This document shows positions 52,560 through 62,789 of a stretch of 64,000 bases of DNA, in pieces. The notes below the pieces were generated by a model that was not told the origin of the DNA, did no database searches, and was given only the letters and a program-made list of their open reading frames with translations. This DNA comes from a virus (lineage: Duplodnaviria > Caudoviricetes). Each line of letters begins with the position of its first letter. Within the stretch, counting starts at the first letter, position 1. The position numbers and the translations under genes are program-made. The stretch spans positions 10,862-74,861 of the IMG/VR virus record IMGVR_UViG_3300042363_000275, one strand, 5' to 3'.

Positions 52560-53589
52560 CTTCTTCCTCAACAGTCACAGCAGAACCAAAGGAATAGTTT
52601 TCACGTACCCAATCCTTAAACGAATCATTTTCAAGTATCGTGTCCCAGAAGTCAGAGGATTCCGTGTCAGCAAATCGCCACTTCTTATTCTCAACTTCAC
52701 CAGTGGTGGTGTTTACGCGAGCATACCAACCATTTGATGGCTTGATGACATGACCAGATTCAAGTGCCATATCCATGAGCCCAGAAAACCTGCTAACACC
52801 ACCATCAAAACGGACAGAAACAGGGATTTTTGCCTTTTCGCGAACATAACGAGACTTTTCTACATTGATGATATAAGAATACCCTACAAGGTCAGCGCCT
52901 TCCTTTTCCTGCTGACGACCTAGGATATAGATATTGTCGGCAGAGTAATAAGAACCTGTACCACCGCCGACGATTGCCTTCGGGAACATACCAATTTCCA
53001 TATAGGTGTGATTGACCACAACCATCGGGATATCCTTTAGCGTAAGGTGCGGTGTGACCATACGGAACAAAGACTTAATCTGCTTGGCGCGAGTCATGTC
53101 ACCAACAGACTTTTGCTCAAGAGCATCTTCAACTTCTTTCTTCGAAGCAAGATTACCAATCGAGTCAATTAGAATCATCACACGATCGCCACGCTCAATG
53201 TTAGTCAGCTGATTCATGATGTCAAACTTCAACTGCTCGACATCAGTGATTGGCGTATGGATAACACGCTCCTTATCAATACCGAAGTTCTGGAAATATG
53301 ATTGCGGAGTACCGAACTCAGAATCGTAGAAAAGAACAATAGCATCAGGGTACTTGTCCTGGTAGGCTTTCGCCATAATCAAACTGAACGCAGTCTTGAA
53401 GTGCTTGCTCGGACCAGCCCACATTGTGAGACCAGGAGTAAAGCCACCATCAAGAGAACCAGAAAGCGCAATATTTACTGCGGGGATGCTTGTCTGCACC
53501 ATATCCTTTTCTTCAAAAAAGATTGAACGAGAAAGGATAGAAGTATCTTTAATTGTTGAATTTTTCTTGAGTTTATCTAACAGGCTCAT
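52552..53589 (-). CDS. uvsX: UvsX/RecA-like recombinase
   Basis: WAGPSKHFKT, YDSEFG, DSIGNLASKKE and VVNHTY. Confidence 0.96.
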   Translation of the reverse strand: MSLLDKLKKNSTIKDTSILSRSIFFEEKDMVQTSIPAVNIALSGSLDGGFTPGLTMWAGPSKHFKTAFSLIMAKAYQDKYPDAIVLFYDSEFGTPQSYFQNFGIDKERVIHTPITDVEQLKFDIMNQLTNIERGDRVMILIDSIGNLASKKEVEDALEQKSVGDMTRAKQIKSLFRMVTPHLTLKDIPMVVVNHTYMEIGMFPKAIVGGGTGSYYSADNIYILGRQQEKEGADLVGYSYIINVEKSRYVREKAKIPVSVRFDGGVSRFSGLMDMALESGHVIKPSNGWYARVNTTTGEVENKKWRFADTESSDFWDTILENDSFKDWVRENYSFGSAVTVEEEDV

Positions 53590-53617
53590 GTGTAGTCTCC
53601 TTGTAAACGATATATGT

Positions 53618-53646
53618 ATTATATACTATTTTATGCGAAAAAGCAA
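53618..53646 (-). promoter_or_regulatory. promoter upstream of uvsX-gp41
   Basis: TTGCTT, 17 bp, TATAAT. Shares ATAAAATAGTATATAAT with the primase promoter. Confidence 0.7.
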
Positions 53647-56171
53647 TCTAGCGATTCAACCTTTTCAGATTTCCAATTAATGGAAGAAAGAATAATATCT
53701 AGCGGTTCAAGAAATGATTTCTCGAACTGCAGATCGTAATCAATATATTGCTCAGCATCCAACTGCTTGGGAATACCAGACAAGAATGCAAGAGTATTGT
53801 TATTGTAAATATTTGGTTGTTTTAGATAGACAAACTTGATCTTTTCGCCTTCCTTGATTTCCTGATATCGTTTGGTGAGTTCCAATTCTCTCAACAAATG
53901 ATTGTACACCAATGCACCCTTGACATGGATCGGTGTTCCTTTCTTGAAGATATGCGCAGCATCAGCATACTCTTTTAGACCATTAACGGATCTTGGGAAT
54001 GCAATATCTTCAACAGATAGTTTCTTAAACTCACTGCGAAACTTTTCGATAAATTTATGCAAATCATCTTCAGTTTGTGTTATGACAATATTGATTGCTT
54101 CTTTAATCTTTGCACGACAAGCAGATGGAGTAGACGAACGAATCGCTGAGATGCCCATCATCTTGAGTTTCGGTTTGGCATACGCCACACCTTCGCTATT
54201 GTAGACATTGAGAATATAGTTTTTCTTAGCGACCCAGATTGCCTTGTCAGCCAATGACTCACGCTTCATTTCCATGCGCTGTTGAAACGCATTGACATAT
54301 TCTTTCAATTCTTCATACGACGCATCAATGAACGGCTGGATCTTATCATCGCAAACCTTATCCATAAACTTAATAACTTTCTTGGTATCAGAAGTATCTG
54401 GGTAAAGTTTCTTGACCAGCGGACCCATGTTCAAATAAATCGAGTCAGTATCAGAAGCGATGACATAATCTACATCATCAGTTTTGAGCAGATTATTCAT
54501 GTATTGATTAATCTTCTTTTCAATCCAACGAATAGACAACTGACCTGCCGTTGTAATGCCTTCGGCGATACGAGTATCAAAGAAGCGGAAGTATTGATTA
54601 CCAAGTGCACCGTAAGCAGAGTTTAGAGTAACCTTCTTTGCCAACTGCAGGTTATTGTATCGAGCAACTTGTTTCTCAAGATAAGCCACTTGATTCTTAT
54701 CTTCAAGAACAGTTTCGATCTTCTTCTTGGCTTCGATTGCCAACTTCTTATAGCGTGTACGATCTTTGTACATGCTATCCATAATCTCAGGCAGAACACC
54801 CTGCTCTTGAGTACGGAACAGCTGACCATTCGGCGTTACGGTAACACCAAGATCTTTTAGGATGCTTGTATCAACTTCTTGATTTAGCAAAGAGTTAACG
54901 CTGACATTACAGTTGCTGATAAACCCACGCATATTGTCATTGTATAATTTTGGCTCGACGAGTGTTTCCATCGAGATGTTATACTGCATAATCAAGTGCG
55001 GATACAGACTGTTCAAGTCAAACGACGCAACCCATTCATGCATACCACAAATGGGATCTTTTACATATGCGCCTTCGTATTGCGAACTCTTTGTGCTATG
55101 AGAAAGTTGAGGAATCACAATTTTCTTTCGTAGAAGATAGTTGTAGATAATCGCGTCCCACATACGAACCTGTGTGAACACATCATCGTAGTTGACCTTG
55201 TTATCATAAGCAAGAGTCAACGCAAGTTCAATCAACTTCATCTTGTCTTCGAGTTTCTCAACAAGTTCGACGTCCTTGATGTTATACTCAATGAACTTCT
55301 GATAGTCGTGCTTGTATAATTGATGTAGAGTTTCGAACTCAGAATAATCTAATTTCTTTTCACCCAATTCAACATGAGCAATGTTATCAAGACGATAAGA
55401 CTCTTGCTGCGAATATGTAAACTTGCGATAGAGTTGGATGTAATCTAGAATAGCAACTCCAGAAATATCATAGAACTCTACTGGACGATTCATCATCGTC
55501 GTTTCGCGTTTACTGATACGATTCCACGGCGAGAGTTTCTTGGCTTCATCCTCACCAAGAACTTTGATGATGCGATTAGCAAGATATGGAATATCGAATT
55601 GCTCGACATTCCAACCAGTGACTACATCTGGATGCCATCGGCTCCATAGGTCGAGGAAGCGTCGTATGAGATCTGACTCATCGCGGCATTTTGCATAGTG
55701 CACGTCGTCACGATGCTTGACATAATCGCCACAACCAAACACAAAATAATTATCTTTGACTTTGATACTGATTGCTGTGATTGCTTCGTTTGCATCTCTT
55801 GGTTCAGGAAATCCGTTCTCGGATCCAACTTCGATATCAAGATAGGCAATAAGTATTTTACTGACATCCCAAAGAATATCGTCAGGATACTCATCAGCAA
55901 TATAAGCATACTCATAGCGATTATTCCCAAAAACAGGAAAATTGTCGACACCCTTGTACCTCTCTAAGAATTCACGACACTCTGGAATTGTTCCAGGCTG
56001 TATTGGTTTGACATAATCACCATCAAGAGTTTTGTACTCAGACTTCTCTTGACTGGAAAGAAAAAAGGTCGGACGGAATTCAACCTTCCGTCTGACCCTC
56101 TTATCATTTTCAACGCCTCTCAGAAGAATAAATCGACCAGAGACGCTGACATTAGTATAAAAATTAGACAC
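53631..56171 (-). CDS. gp43: family B DNA polymerase (T4 gp43-like)
   Basis: LDIEV and GWN.E.FD exonuclease motifs. DLNSLYP, K...NSAYG and SDTDS polymerase motifs. Confidence 0.97.
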   Translation of the reverse strand: MSNFYTNVSVSGRFILLRGVENDKRVRRKVEFRPTFFLSSQEKSEYKTLDGDYVKPIQPGTIPECREFLERYKGVDNFPVFGNNRYEYAYIADEYPDDILWDVSKILIAYLDIEVGSENGFPEPRDANEAITAISIKVKDNYFVFGCGDYVKHRDDVHYAKCRDESDLIRRFLDLWSRWHPDVVTGWNVEQFDIPYLANRIIKVLGEDEAKKLSPWNRISKRETTMMNRPVEFYDISGVAILDYIQLYRKFTYSQQESYRLDNIAHVELGEKKLDYSEFETLHQLYKHDYQKFIEYNIKDVELVEKLEDKMKLIELALTLAYDNKVNYDDVFTQVRMWDAIIYNYLLRKKIVIPQLSHSTKSSQYEGAYVKDPICGMHEWVASFDLNSLYPHLIMQYNISMETLVEPKLYNDNMRGFISNCNVSVNSLLNQEVDTSILKDLGVTVTPNGQLFRTQEQGVLPEIMDSMYKDRTRYKKLAIEAKKKIETVLEDKNQVAYLEKQVARYNNLQLAKKVTLNSAYGALGNQYFRFFDTRIAEGITTAGQLSIRWIEKKINQYMNNLLKTDDVDYVIASDTDSIYLNMGPLVKKLYPDTSDTKKVIKFMDKVCDDKIQPFIDASYEELKEYVNAFQQRMEMKRESLADKAIWVAKKNYILNVYNSEGVAYAKPKLKMMGISAIRSSTPSACRAKIKEAINIVITQTEDDLHKFIEKFRSEFKKLSVEDIAFPRSVNGLKEYADAAHIFKKGTPIHVKGALVYNHLLRELELTKRYQEIKEGEKIKFVYLKQPNIYNNNTLAFLSGIPKQLDAEQYIDYDLQFEKSFLEPLDIILSSINWKSEKVESLDCFFA

Positions 56172-56174
56172 GCT

Positions 56175-56471
56175 TTAACCTGTAATTAACTGCCTTGGGG
56201 GAACAACGATTCCTGCCCCGAAGATTTGATTATACCCGTTTTTCACTTCATCCGCAACCTCTGAGATAACAAGAATATGATTCTTGTTGATTGTAAACGG
56301 AGGATTGCTTGCTTGCATCCATGGCATAAAGCCAAGAACTGGGGCACCATCTTTACCGCGCTGGAGAACGCAAGCAACTGGGTCAGTGAAAGTGATGTGA
56401 GTGTCACTCTCCTCTTCGATTGCCGCAATTAATTCCTCGCCATTTACGAGCTTGAGTGCTTTGATTGTCAT
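56175..56471 (-). CDS. small Sm-like hypothetical protein
   Basis: LKLVNGEELIA...GFMPW pattern, typically found upstream of gp43. Confidence 0.6.
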   Translation of the reverse strand: MTIKALKLVNGEELIAAIEEESDTHITFTDPVACVLQRGKDGAPVLGFMPWMQASNPPFTINKNHILVISEVADEVKNGYNQIFGAGIVVPPRQLITG

Positions 56472-56661
56472 TTGTATTCACCTTCTTGTATTTGTCAAAT
56501 AAACCTTTTTGCTTATGGTTTTGTTTTTCACCATTTAAATAAAGAACATCGTGTATCATAACCCACGTGTCATCACCGACTCTAAGTTGCCAACCATTAT
56601 AATCTAGTATCTGTATCTGTTTAGATACTAGCAAGTCACGGAGTTCTGATAAAGAATGCAT
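56404..56661 (-). CDS. hypothetical protein
   Basis: ORF track, coupled to the upstream stop. Confidence 0.45.
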   Translation of the reverse strand: MHSLSELRDLLVSKQIQILDYNGWQLRVGDDTWVMIHDVLYLNGEKQNHKQKGLFDKYKKVNTNDNQSTQARKWRGINCGNRRGE

Positions 56662-56864
56662 TATTCTTCACTGCTGTTAGCATTATCCATAGACTGACGC
56701 TTGATCTTGAAAGCAACATGGTTTGCATGAGCAGCAATCATCGATCGTTTAAAATCACCACGCTCATGTGAGTCTTTAACCCAACCATATGCTTCAGCCA
56801 TTGCAAGCATTCTCTTGTATTGTCGTGGAAGTTTAGCGTTATAAAAGTCACTACGATTAGCCAT
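56661..56864 (-). CDS. small hypothetical protein
   Basis: ORF track. Confidence 0.6.
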   Translation of the reverse strand: MANRSDFYNAKLPRQYKRMLAMAEAYGWVKDSHERGDFKRSMIAAHANHVAFKIKRQSMDNANSSEE

Positions 56865-57567
56865 TTAATAATTCCTCACATTTCTTCCAAAATTGTTCTT
56901 GCTGACCTTCTACTCTGATTTGGAAGTTATGCCAGAATAGATCGTTTTCTTTACCGTATGTTGTACCAAGACCATAGTTTGGATTGCCATTTTCTAGAGT
57001 CCAATAAGGTCTACGGTCAGTTTCCCAATCATATCGATATACATTCCTATCATACCTTAATGGCATGACAAAGTCAACTGCAATATTATTAGCCTCAGCA
57101 GCATAGGTATACTCTTCGGCAACATCACCGCGACTAGTTTCCATTGCTGATGGTCGACCCATCTTATCAAAATTTGCTGCGCTTAATGCTAACGCTGAAG
57201 GTGCAGCAAACAAATGATTGTTGTTTTCAATATGCCCTGAACGCTGCGCATTACCAATTAACGCACCATTTGATGCCGCCGAAATATATGTTTCTATTGC
57301 ATTTGGGTGGACTGGCAAACAATCAATGTCTAGAAACAACACGACATCAAAGTCTAATTGTTTTGAAACATTTTCATCTTTAAAGGTAGAAACTGATTGA
57401 CCATTTAATGTCCAAATATAATCCATAAACAAACCATGCGGGATTTCTCCCTTAATGGCTATATGCTGAAGGTTTAAAGGATTAAACTTCTTAACAACTG
57501 CTCTTTGTAATTCCACAGTTTTAGGATTAATGTTCGGCATAAAATATGATGCGATACAGGCTTTCAT
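56857..57567 (-). CDS. glycosyltransferase-like protein (GT-A, DxD)
   Basis: VLFLDIDCLP motif, within the glycan cluster. Confidence 0.55.
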   Translation of the reverse strand: MKACIASYFMPNINPKTVELQRAVVKKFNPLNLQHIAIKGEIPHGLFMDYIWTLNGQSVSTFKDENVSKQLDFDVVLFLDIDCLPVHPNAIETYISAASNGALIGNAQRSGHIENNNHLFAAPSALALSAANFDKMGRPSAMETSRGDVAEEYTYAAEANNIAVDFVMPLRYDRNVYRYDWETDRRPYWTLENGNPNYGLGTTYGKENDLFWHNFQIRVEGQQEQFWKKCEELLNG

Positions 57568-57582
57568 AACATATCCTTTGAT

Positions 57583-58758
57583 TTATTGCATTGACGAAAC
57601 GATTATATCGTTGTTATTTGGTCTAAGTTTTTTGATCTTAGAATGAATCTCATCAAAGAAATTCCACGCATAAACAATAATCATTAAATCGCCAGGTTCG
57701 TTGATTAATGTTTCTGGTGCAACGATAGGAATATTAACACCGCCGATAATCTTACCGATCTTCATCGGATTTTCGTCGACGATATATTTTAGTTTGCGTT
57801 GAACATAATTGCTCATCACCACACCCTTTGCGGCTGCTCCATAGCCAACAACAGGCAATGATGATTCATCAATTAATTGGGTTAATCGAGTTTTATTGTT
57901 CAACACTTTATCATTAAATTCTTCATATGTTTCTGCGTCAACCAAAGCAGACTCATCTTGCAATAATTGATTAATTCGTTCCTCTGAATTATCCGTTGCA
58001 TTGTGCTTAATCTTAAACAGATAACTTGTTCCGTGCACTGGACGATATTCAACATCCACCAGGGAAAGCCTTGCGCGTTTACACAATTCATTCATAGAGT
58101 TGATTGTAAAGAACGAATGGTGTTCGTGATAAATTGTATCGAACTCACCGTTTACAATCATATTTTTCTGTGAGGTCTGTATGTACAGAGTGCCATCTGG
58201 TTGCAACAGCCTCTTACAATCTGTTAGGAATGCTAAAGGATTTTGGATATGTGCCACCACATTAAAGCAAGTGATAACATCATATGCACCTTTAACCTTT
58301 ACTGATGGAAAAAAATCACAAGTAAGATTTAGGTCTGGTTCGTTAATCTTGGAAACAATGTTTTCAGCTGGGTCTATGCCATGCAGTTGCCACTTATATG
58401 GTCTGAATGACTTTAAGAAAGTGCCATCATTGCAAGCAATATCAAGAATTCGTTTATTGTCTCCAGGATTTTCTGAATGAATTTGAGAGGCAACCTGATC
58501 AAATTCTTTAACTAAAGTGTTCGATGTTCCGCTGACATAAAGATAATGCTTGTACAACGCTTCTCTATCAACAGATACTGTCAACTGAGAGTGATAGCAT
58601 TCCATACAAACATTTACTTCTAGTGGATACAATTCATCATCTTGCTCGGGTGTATCCTTAAGATTATTAGCCAAAGGCTGAGAACCCAGAGAACAAAATT
58701 TATGTAATGCGCTAGAGCCGCATGCATAACACTCTTCGATTATCTCATAATTACTCAT
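57583..58758 (-). CDS. NDP-hexose C-methyltransferase
   Basis: Zn site CYACG...C..C.HSQL...Y.Y.S, LDIACNDG, IYHEH and C-terminal GYGAAAKG...YIVD.NP.K.G. Confidence 0.85.
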   Translation of the reverse strand: MSNYEIIEECYACGSSALHKFCSLGSQPLANNLKDTPEQDDELYPLEVNVCMECYHSQLTVSVDREALYKHYLYVSGTSNTLVKEFDQVASQIHSENPGDNKRILDIACNDGTFLKSFRPYKWQLHGIDPAENIVSKINEPDLNLTCDFFPSVKVKGAYDVITCFNVVAHIQNPLAFLTDCKRLLQPDGTLYIQTSQKNMIVNGEFDTIYHEHHSFFTINSMNELCKRARLSLVDVEYRPVHGTSYLFKIKHNATDNSEERINQLLQDESALVDAETYEEFNDKVLNNKTRLTQLIDESSLPVVGYGAAAKGVVMSNYVQRKLKYIVDENPMKIGKIIGGVNIPIVAPETLINEPGDLMIIVYAWNFFDEIHSKIKKLRPNNNDIIVSSMQ

Positions 58759-59671
58759 ATCGCACACTCTTATCTCTGTTTGTAAATGTCACATTGCCAT
58801 ATTGTGTTTTGATTTCTTGTACAATCGACTGCACGGTAGACTTAAATTTAAAGTCAAAGGTATCGCTGAATTTTTTATTCGATATCATGAAGTCATAAGG
58901 ATTACCAACCTTACCCTCATCAATTATTTCTACATCAGTTATAGCAGCAACTTCTTTTGCTAGATTAGATACAGTGCTATTAAAGGAATTGATATTATAG
59001 ACGCCAGAATTTTTGCTGTTGCCTTTCTGTAGAATAGCGTCAATTGATTCTAGCAAGTCTGATAATCCAAGAATAGCACGATGAATATGTGAGTTAGACA
59101 TGCGTATCACATCATTCTCTATTGCTGACATCGACATAGAATTAAGCATCAGTTCACTGCGGAAATTGCGTGAAAATCCATTAACAGTGCCGAATCTAAG
59201 CCCATACCATGGCTCAATCGGATTATTATTAAGCATGTATTGATCTATTGCATATTTCGTAAGGTCATAGTTATTTACGCAAATAAATTCTTTTTGTTCC
59301 TCGGTGGCTATTCGATCGCCAGTGTTTCCATAGATAGACGAGGAACTAGCATAGATTAGTTTAATTGGCTTCGGTATCAATTCAATTTTATGCACTAGAT
59401 TGACAAAATTTCTGATGTTATTGTTAAACGATGACATGTAATCATCGACGCACATCTTAACCGAAGAATGTGCTGCTAACAATATGACAGCATCATATTT
59501 CGTTAGTTCTTCTATGCTTAGATTATTGAAGTCTTTGCGAACAAATGGCATCATCGTTGAATTGCCAAACCAACAAAGGTCGTAGCAAGTTACATCGTAG
59601 TCGCGCCAAACAAGATATGGGTGTAATCGAGAACCGATATAACCCTTTCCACCTAACAGTAAAATTTTCAT
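58751..59671 (-). CDS. NAD-dependent epimerase/dehydratase/reductase
   Basis: GGKGYIG, YASSSSIYG, Y..TK and LRFGTVNG.S. Confidence 0.85.
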   Translation of the reverse strand: MKILLLGGKGYIGSRLHPYLVWRDYDVTCYDLCWFGNSTMMPFVRKDFNNLSIEELTKYDAVILLAAHSSVKMCVDDYMSSFNNNIRNFVNLVHKIELIPKPIKLIYASSSSIYGNTGDRIATEEQKEFICVNNYDLTKYAIDQYMLNNNPIEPWYGLRFGTVNGFSRNFRSELMLNSMSMSAIENDVIRMSNSHIHRAILGLSDLLESIDAILQKGNSKNSGVYNINSFNSTVSNLAKEVAAITDVEIIDEGKVGNPYDFMISNKKFSDTFDFKFKSTVQSIVQEIKTQYGNVTFTNRDKSVRYE

Positions 59672-60513
59672 AATCTATTCTCTAGCATTATAATTTGATC
59701 ACGCAAATCAATACCGAACTGGCGATGCCATTCGTAACGAGCAATCGCTGTATCTCTATTTAGCAGGTGCTGTCCACCGTTACCAACTGCCTTATCAGCC
59801 TCAGGAATTTGAGTTTGAATTGCAAGTTTACGCTGAAGAAGATCTTCTGTAAATGGTGAATACCCATACCACAAAATACGGAAGTCTTCGGCTGGTGTTC
59901 CCCAGTAATGTCTACCTGCTCGCCAGACTGAAGTGTCGAAATAGTTTAGTGCAAAGTTATGCATGCTTCGCATCTTACGATTGTCATACATAACATTATC
60001 TTCAATTGCTTGAAAATCTCTAGCACCAGCATATGCATTATAAACAGTATCTTCGCTATAATCGCAAGGCATACCAAATGTTCTTTGTGTTACAAGAGAT
60101 ACACTAGGATCTGGTTCGGTAAACTTTTGCTGTTCTGTGTCAATCATCACATCGCATGGAATAAGTTTTTGCATGCGAACAGGTTTCTGTGACTTGAAGG
60201 CATGCAATAATCTGCGAGTATTACCAATAAGAAACTCGGTGACATTTAGAGTAATCATCCAAGCATACGGATACTGTTGTTGAATGCTGCGTTCGATATT
60301 CATGATCTCATTATCGCAGGTGATTGCGTTGAAATCTTTGTTTACCGATTTTATGATTTGCCACTTGGGTGTAATCTTTCTAACAAGATCCATAGAACCA
60401 TCAGTAGAATGATAGTCTACGATAACCCCGTGGTCAAACTTATCTTTATGGTGCTGAAGCCACCAATTTAAAAGATATTCCTCATTACGAACATGACAAA
60501 TTACAAAACGCAT
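59668..60513 (-). CDS. GT2-like glycosyltransferase
   Basis: HVRNEEYLL.WWL.HH...DHGVIVDYHSTDGS. Confidence 0.7.
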   Translation of the reverse strand: MRFVICHVRNEEYLLNWWLQHHKDKFDHGVIVDYHSTDGSMDLVRKITPKWQIIKSVNKDFNAITCDNEIMNIERSIQQQYPYAWMITLNVTEFLIGNTRRLLHAFKSQKPVRMQKLIPCDVMIDTEQQKFTEPDPSVSLVTQRTFGMPCDYSEDTVYNAYAGARDFQAIEDNVMYDNRKMRSMHNFALNYFDTSVWRAGRHYWGTPAEDFRILWYGYSPFTEDLLQRKLAIQTQIPEADKAVGNGGQHLLNRDTAIARYEWHRQFGIDLRDQIIMLENRL

Positions 60514-61256
60514 TATTGTTTCCAGGGAAGTTTTCCAGCATAACGCTTGAGCATCTCAGCGTTACCGTTGATAAAGAAGTCAGCCTGCACAGATATTCCT
60601 GTGCTTCCTACTCTATATTTTACCGTATAATCGTTGTTGGAGTCAAACTTTAACTTATTCTGTTCATGCATCAGAACAGCAGTCAATGCACGGTCAACTT
60701 CCATCATGCCATTGGGTGGTCGCGCCTGACGGTGCCAGATCGGAGCAATGTTCACCGCAAGTTCACGACGAACAAAGAAACAACTCACATCGACAAAGTG
60801 GTCGTTAAGAACGGACTTGTATTTACCCAAGTTTTCGCAATCGTCGTTGCAGATAAACTCGCCCTTGCTATCAACAATCTGGCGCAGCGAATATGCCCAG
60901 TCTAGTTGTTTTTCTTGTGTAATCTTAACAAGGCTTTCGATATGATTTGGCGTAAACTCATTATCATCATCTAGCCATGCAATATAGTCACCGTTGGTCA
61001 GGAAACTAAAGCCACCATAGATACGGTGACCATTGAATCGATTTAGTCCAGTTGCGTGCGGCAGAACAATGACGAACTCATTATTGCCGTTAGGAAATTC
61101 CATCGCATTGAGAATTTCAGAGGTTTGTTCCCATCTATCAGAACCATCAACAATAACATAATGTTCAATGTTTTTATAGGTTTGATTGCGTACAGAATCA
61201 ATGCAATCAGCAAGTCTGACGCCGCCAGTTGTTGCGGTAATAACAGATACTTTCAT
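60513..61256 (-). CDS. GT2 glycosyltransferase
   Basis: VSVITAT...SV.NQTY.N.EH and WLDDDN. Confidence 0.85.
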   Translation of the reverse strand: MKVSVITATTGGVRLADCIDSVRNQTYKNIEHYVIVDGSDRWEQTSEILNAMEFPNGNNEFVIVLPHATGLNRFNGHRIYGGFSFLTNGDYIAWLDDDNEFTPNHIESLVKITQEKQLDWAYSLRQIVDSKGEFICNDDCENLGKYKSVLNDHFVDVSCFFVRRELAVNIAPIWHRQARPPNGMMEVDRALTAVLMHEQNKLKFDSNNDYTVKYRVGSTGISVQADFFINGNAEMLKRYAGKLPWKQ

Positions 61257-62002
61257 AAACTTCTCTCTTTACAAAATTGTAGAACACTTGGATCGTTTTT
61301 TTGATCTCCATAGGGAGCATATAATGCACGCTTTCTTGATTCCGCTTTACTATTTATGGGATTCAAATAGTATGTAGCCAGACTTCTTCGCGCTATGTTT
61401 TCTGGGCATGTTAATTCTTCGGGTAAACCATGCCAAGAGTTTTGCGTGGTGTCGAATAACACAGCGCGATTAAACTTATTCTCAATTTTAGTGATGCATT
61501 CTTTAGGTTGCTGCGTTTCTTCATCATGACTCCAAAATTCTAGACCACCACCCCACTCAGGATTCCAGTCTGGTGTCATGTACATGATAAGATTATAGTT
61601 TCGCATCAATGGCATTTTAGGATGTAGCGAATAATCTTTATGGATGTTTAGTTTGCCATCTCGGCTATGAGAATGCATTCCACCGCCATGAAGACCGTAG
61701 TCTGGGATGATGTTTGAGTTTTGTGTAATGTGACTTAGAACACCAGCAAACTTATGACTACAAAGAAAGAACAATGATGAGTAAATCGGCGCAGGAAATT
61801 TATCCCAGTGCGAACAGGCTTTCTTCTTTTCTACAGCATTGTCATAAGAAACAGTCCACACAGAATCATTGTGTGCTGGAAAACTGCTCGCTATCTCAGC
61901 GGCAGTCTTATCATCGAAAAAATTGTCAATAACTACATGATGGAATGGTTCGGATCTTTTAAACTGTTCTTGTAAAGAACAGTAGTCCAGATTGTTTATC
62001 AT
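61253..62002 (-). CDS. 2OG-Fe(II) oxygenase
   Basis: HKD...WGGGLEFW...FNRAVLF...SWHG...RRS. Confidence 0.85.
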   Translation of the reverse strand: MINNLDYCSLQEQFKRSEPFHHVVIDNFFDDKTAAEIASSFPAHNDSVWTVSYDNAVEKKKACSHWDKFPAPIYSSLFFLCSHKFAGVLSHITQNSNIIPDYGLHGGGMHSHSRDGKLNIHKDYSLHPKMPLMRNYNLIMYMTPDWNPEWGGGLEFWSHDEETQQPKECITKIENKFNRAVLFDTTQNSWHGLPEELTCPENIARRSLATYYLNPINSKAESRKRALYAPYGDQKNDPSVLQFCKERSL

Positions 62003-62004
62003 TT

Positions 62005-62472
62005 TTAATCCCAAAGATTCTCATAATATTTTCCAAAAAGGCGGAATGCGTTCTTCTTCCTTCCGAGGTATTTATCCCTCTTCTCTTTGTCTAGGTTGCC
62101 ACCCTTTACCATGCCGTCTTTGTTCCACTTGGGTTTCTCAATCCAGAAATTGGGTTCTTTGTCTTTGACTTCTTCGCCAAATGCCCAAATCATCTCGCTG
62201 AGCACCCAGTCCCAACGCTTGAAGTGGTTGCTGTCAACATCCCAATCATTCTTCTTTGGCTTGGCTGCAGAAGTGCGAAGATGCTCAGGAACATCCTCAT
62301 CATCAACATACGGTGCGCCATGAGTTGTTTTCTTCAACTGCTTGAGCATGGGATGGATGATGAGCGCAAGAGTTGCGTCCATGTTCCATGTGTCCCATGG
62401 ATCAATGCGAACAGAGACTTTCTGTTTACCGTCTTTCTTAGGGTATTTTCCGATTGAAACTTTCAATGTCAA
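62005..62472 (-). CDS. conserved phage hypothetical protein
   Basis: DTWNMD.TLA...RWDWVL.EMIWAF...FRLFGKYY. Confidence 0.65.
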   Translation of the reverse strand: MTLKVSIGKYPKKDGKQKVSVRIDPWDTWNMDATLALIIHPMLKQLKKTTHGAPYVDDEDVPEHLRTSAAKPKKNDWDVDSNHFKRWDWVLSEMIWAFGEEVKDKEPNFWIEKPKWNKDGMVKGGNLDKEKRDKYLGRKKNAFRLFGKYYENLWD

Positions 62473-62789
62473 CCTCTCCTCATACGGGAAATGTCTTTCA
62501 TCTGCTCCTCGTCAATCACTGGAACAGCGTTGCTCTTATGCATTGTAGCAATACCCTTCACCAAAGTGCCAGTGTACATCAGACTTTCTTTCTTCTCAGT
62601 GAAGATCTTATCAGACTTCAGCGACTGAATGTTGCGAGCATCACCAGCACCAACTCGCGGACCATAAGAGAGACTCGGCAGTTTCTCATAACCAAGAATG
62701 GCTGTCGACTTGCGATACTTGGTCGCAACTACACCCTTTGACTTACGCTTCTTCTTCGGTTTGAATCGAGCAGCGCAATAAATCATCAT
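62469..62789 (-). CDS. conserved basic hypothetical protein
   Basis: YTGTLVKGIATMHKSNAVPV. Confidence 0.65.
   Translation of the reverse strand: MMIYCAARFKPKKKRKSKGVVATKYRKSTAILGYEKLPSLSYGPRVGAGDARNIQSLKSDKIFTEKKESLMYTGTLVKGIATMHKSNAVPVIDEEQMKDISRMRRG

Noticed and set aside
13809-56171. Introns, inteins or homing endonucleases in nrdJ, thyX, gp61, gp41, uvsX and gp43
   Set aside because: All are continuous ORFs of ordinary length, with no LAGLIDADG, GIY-YIG or HNH motifs or intein ends seen.
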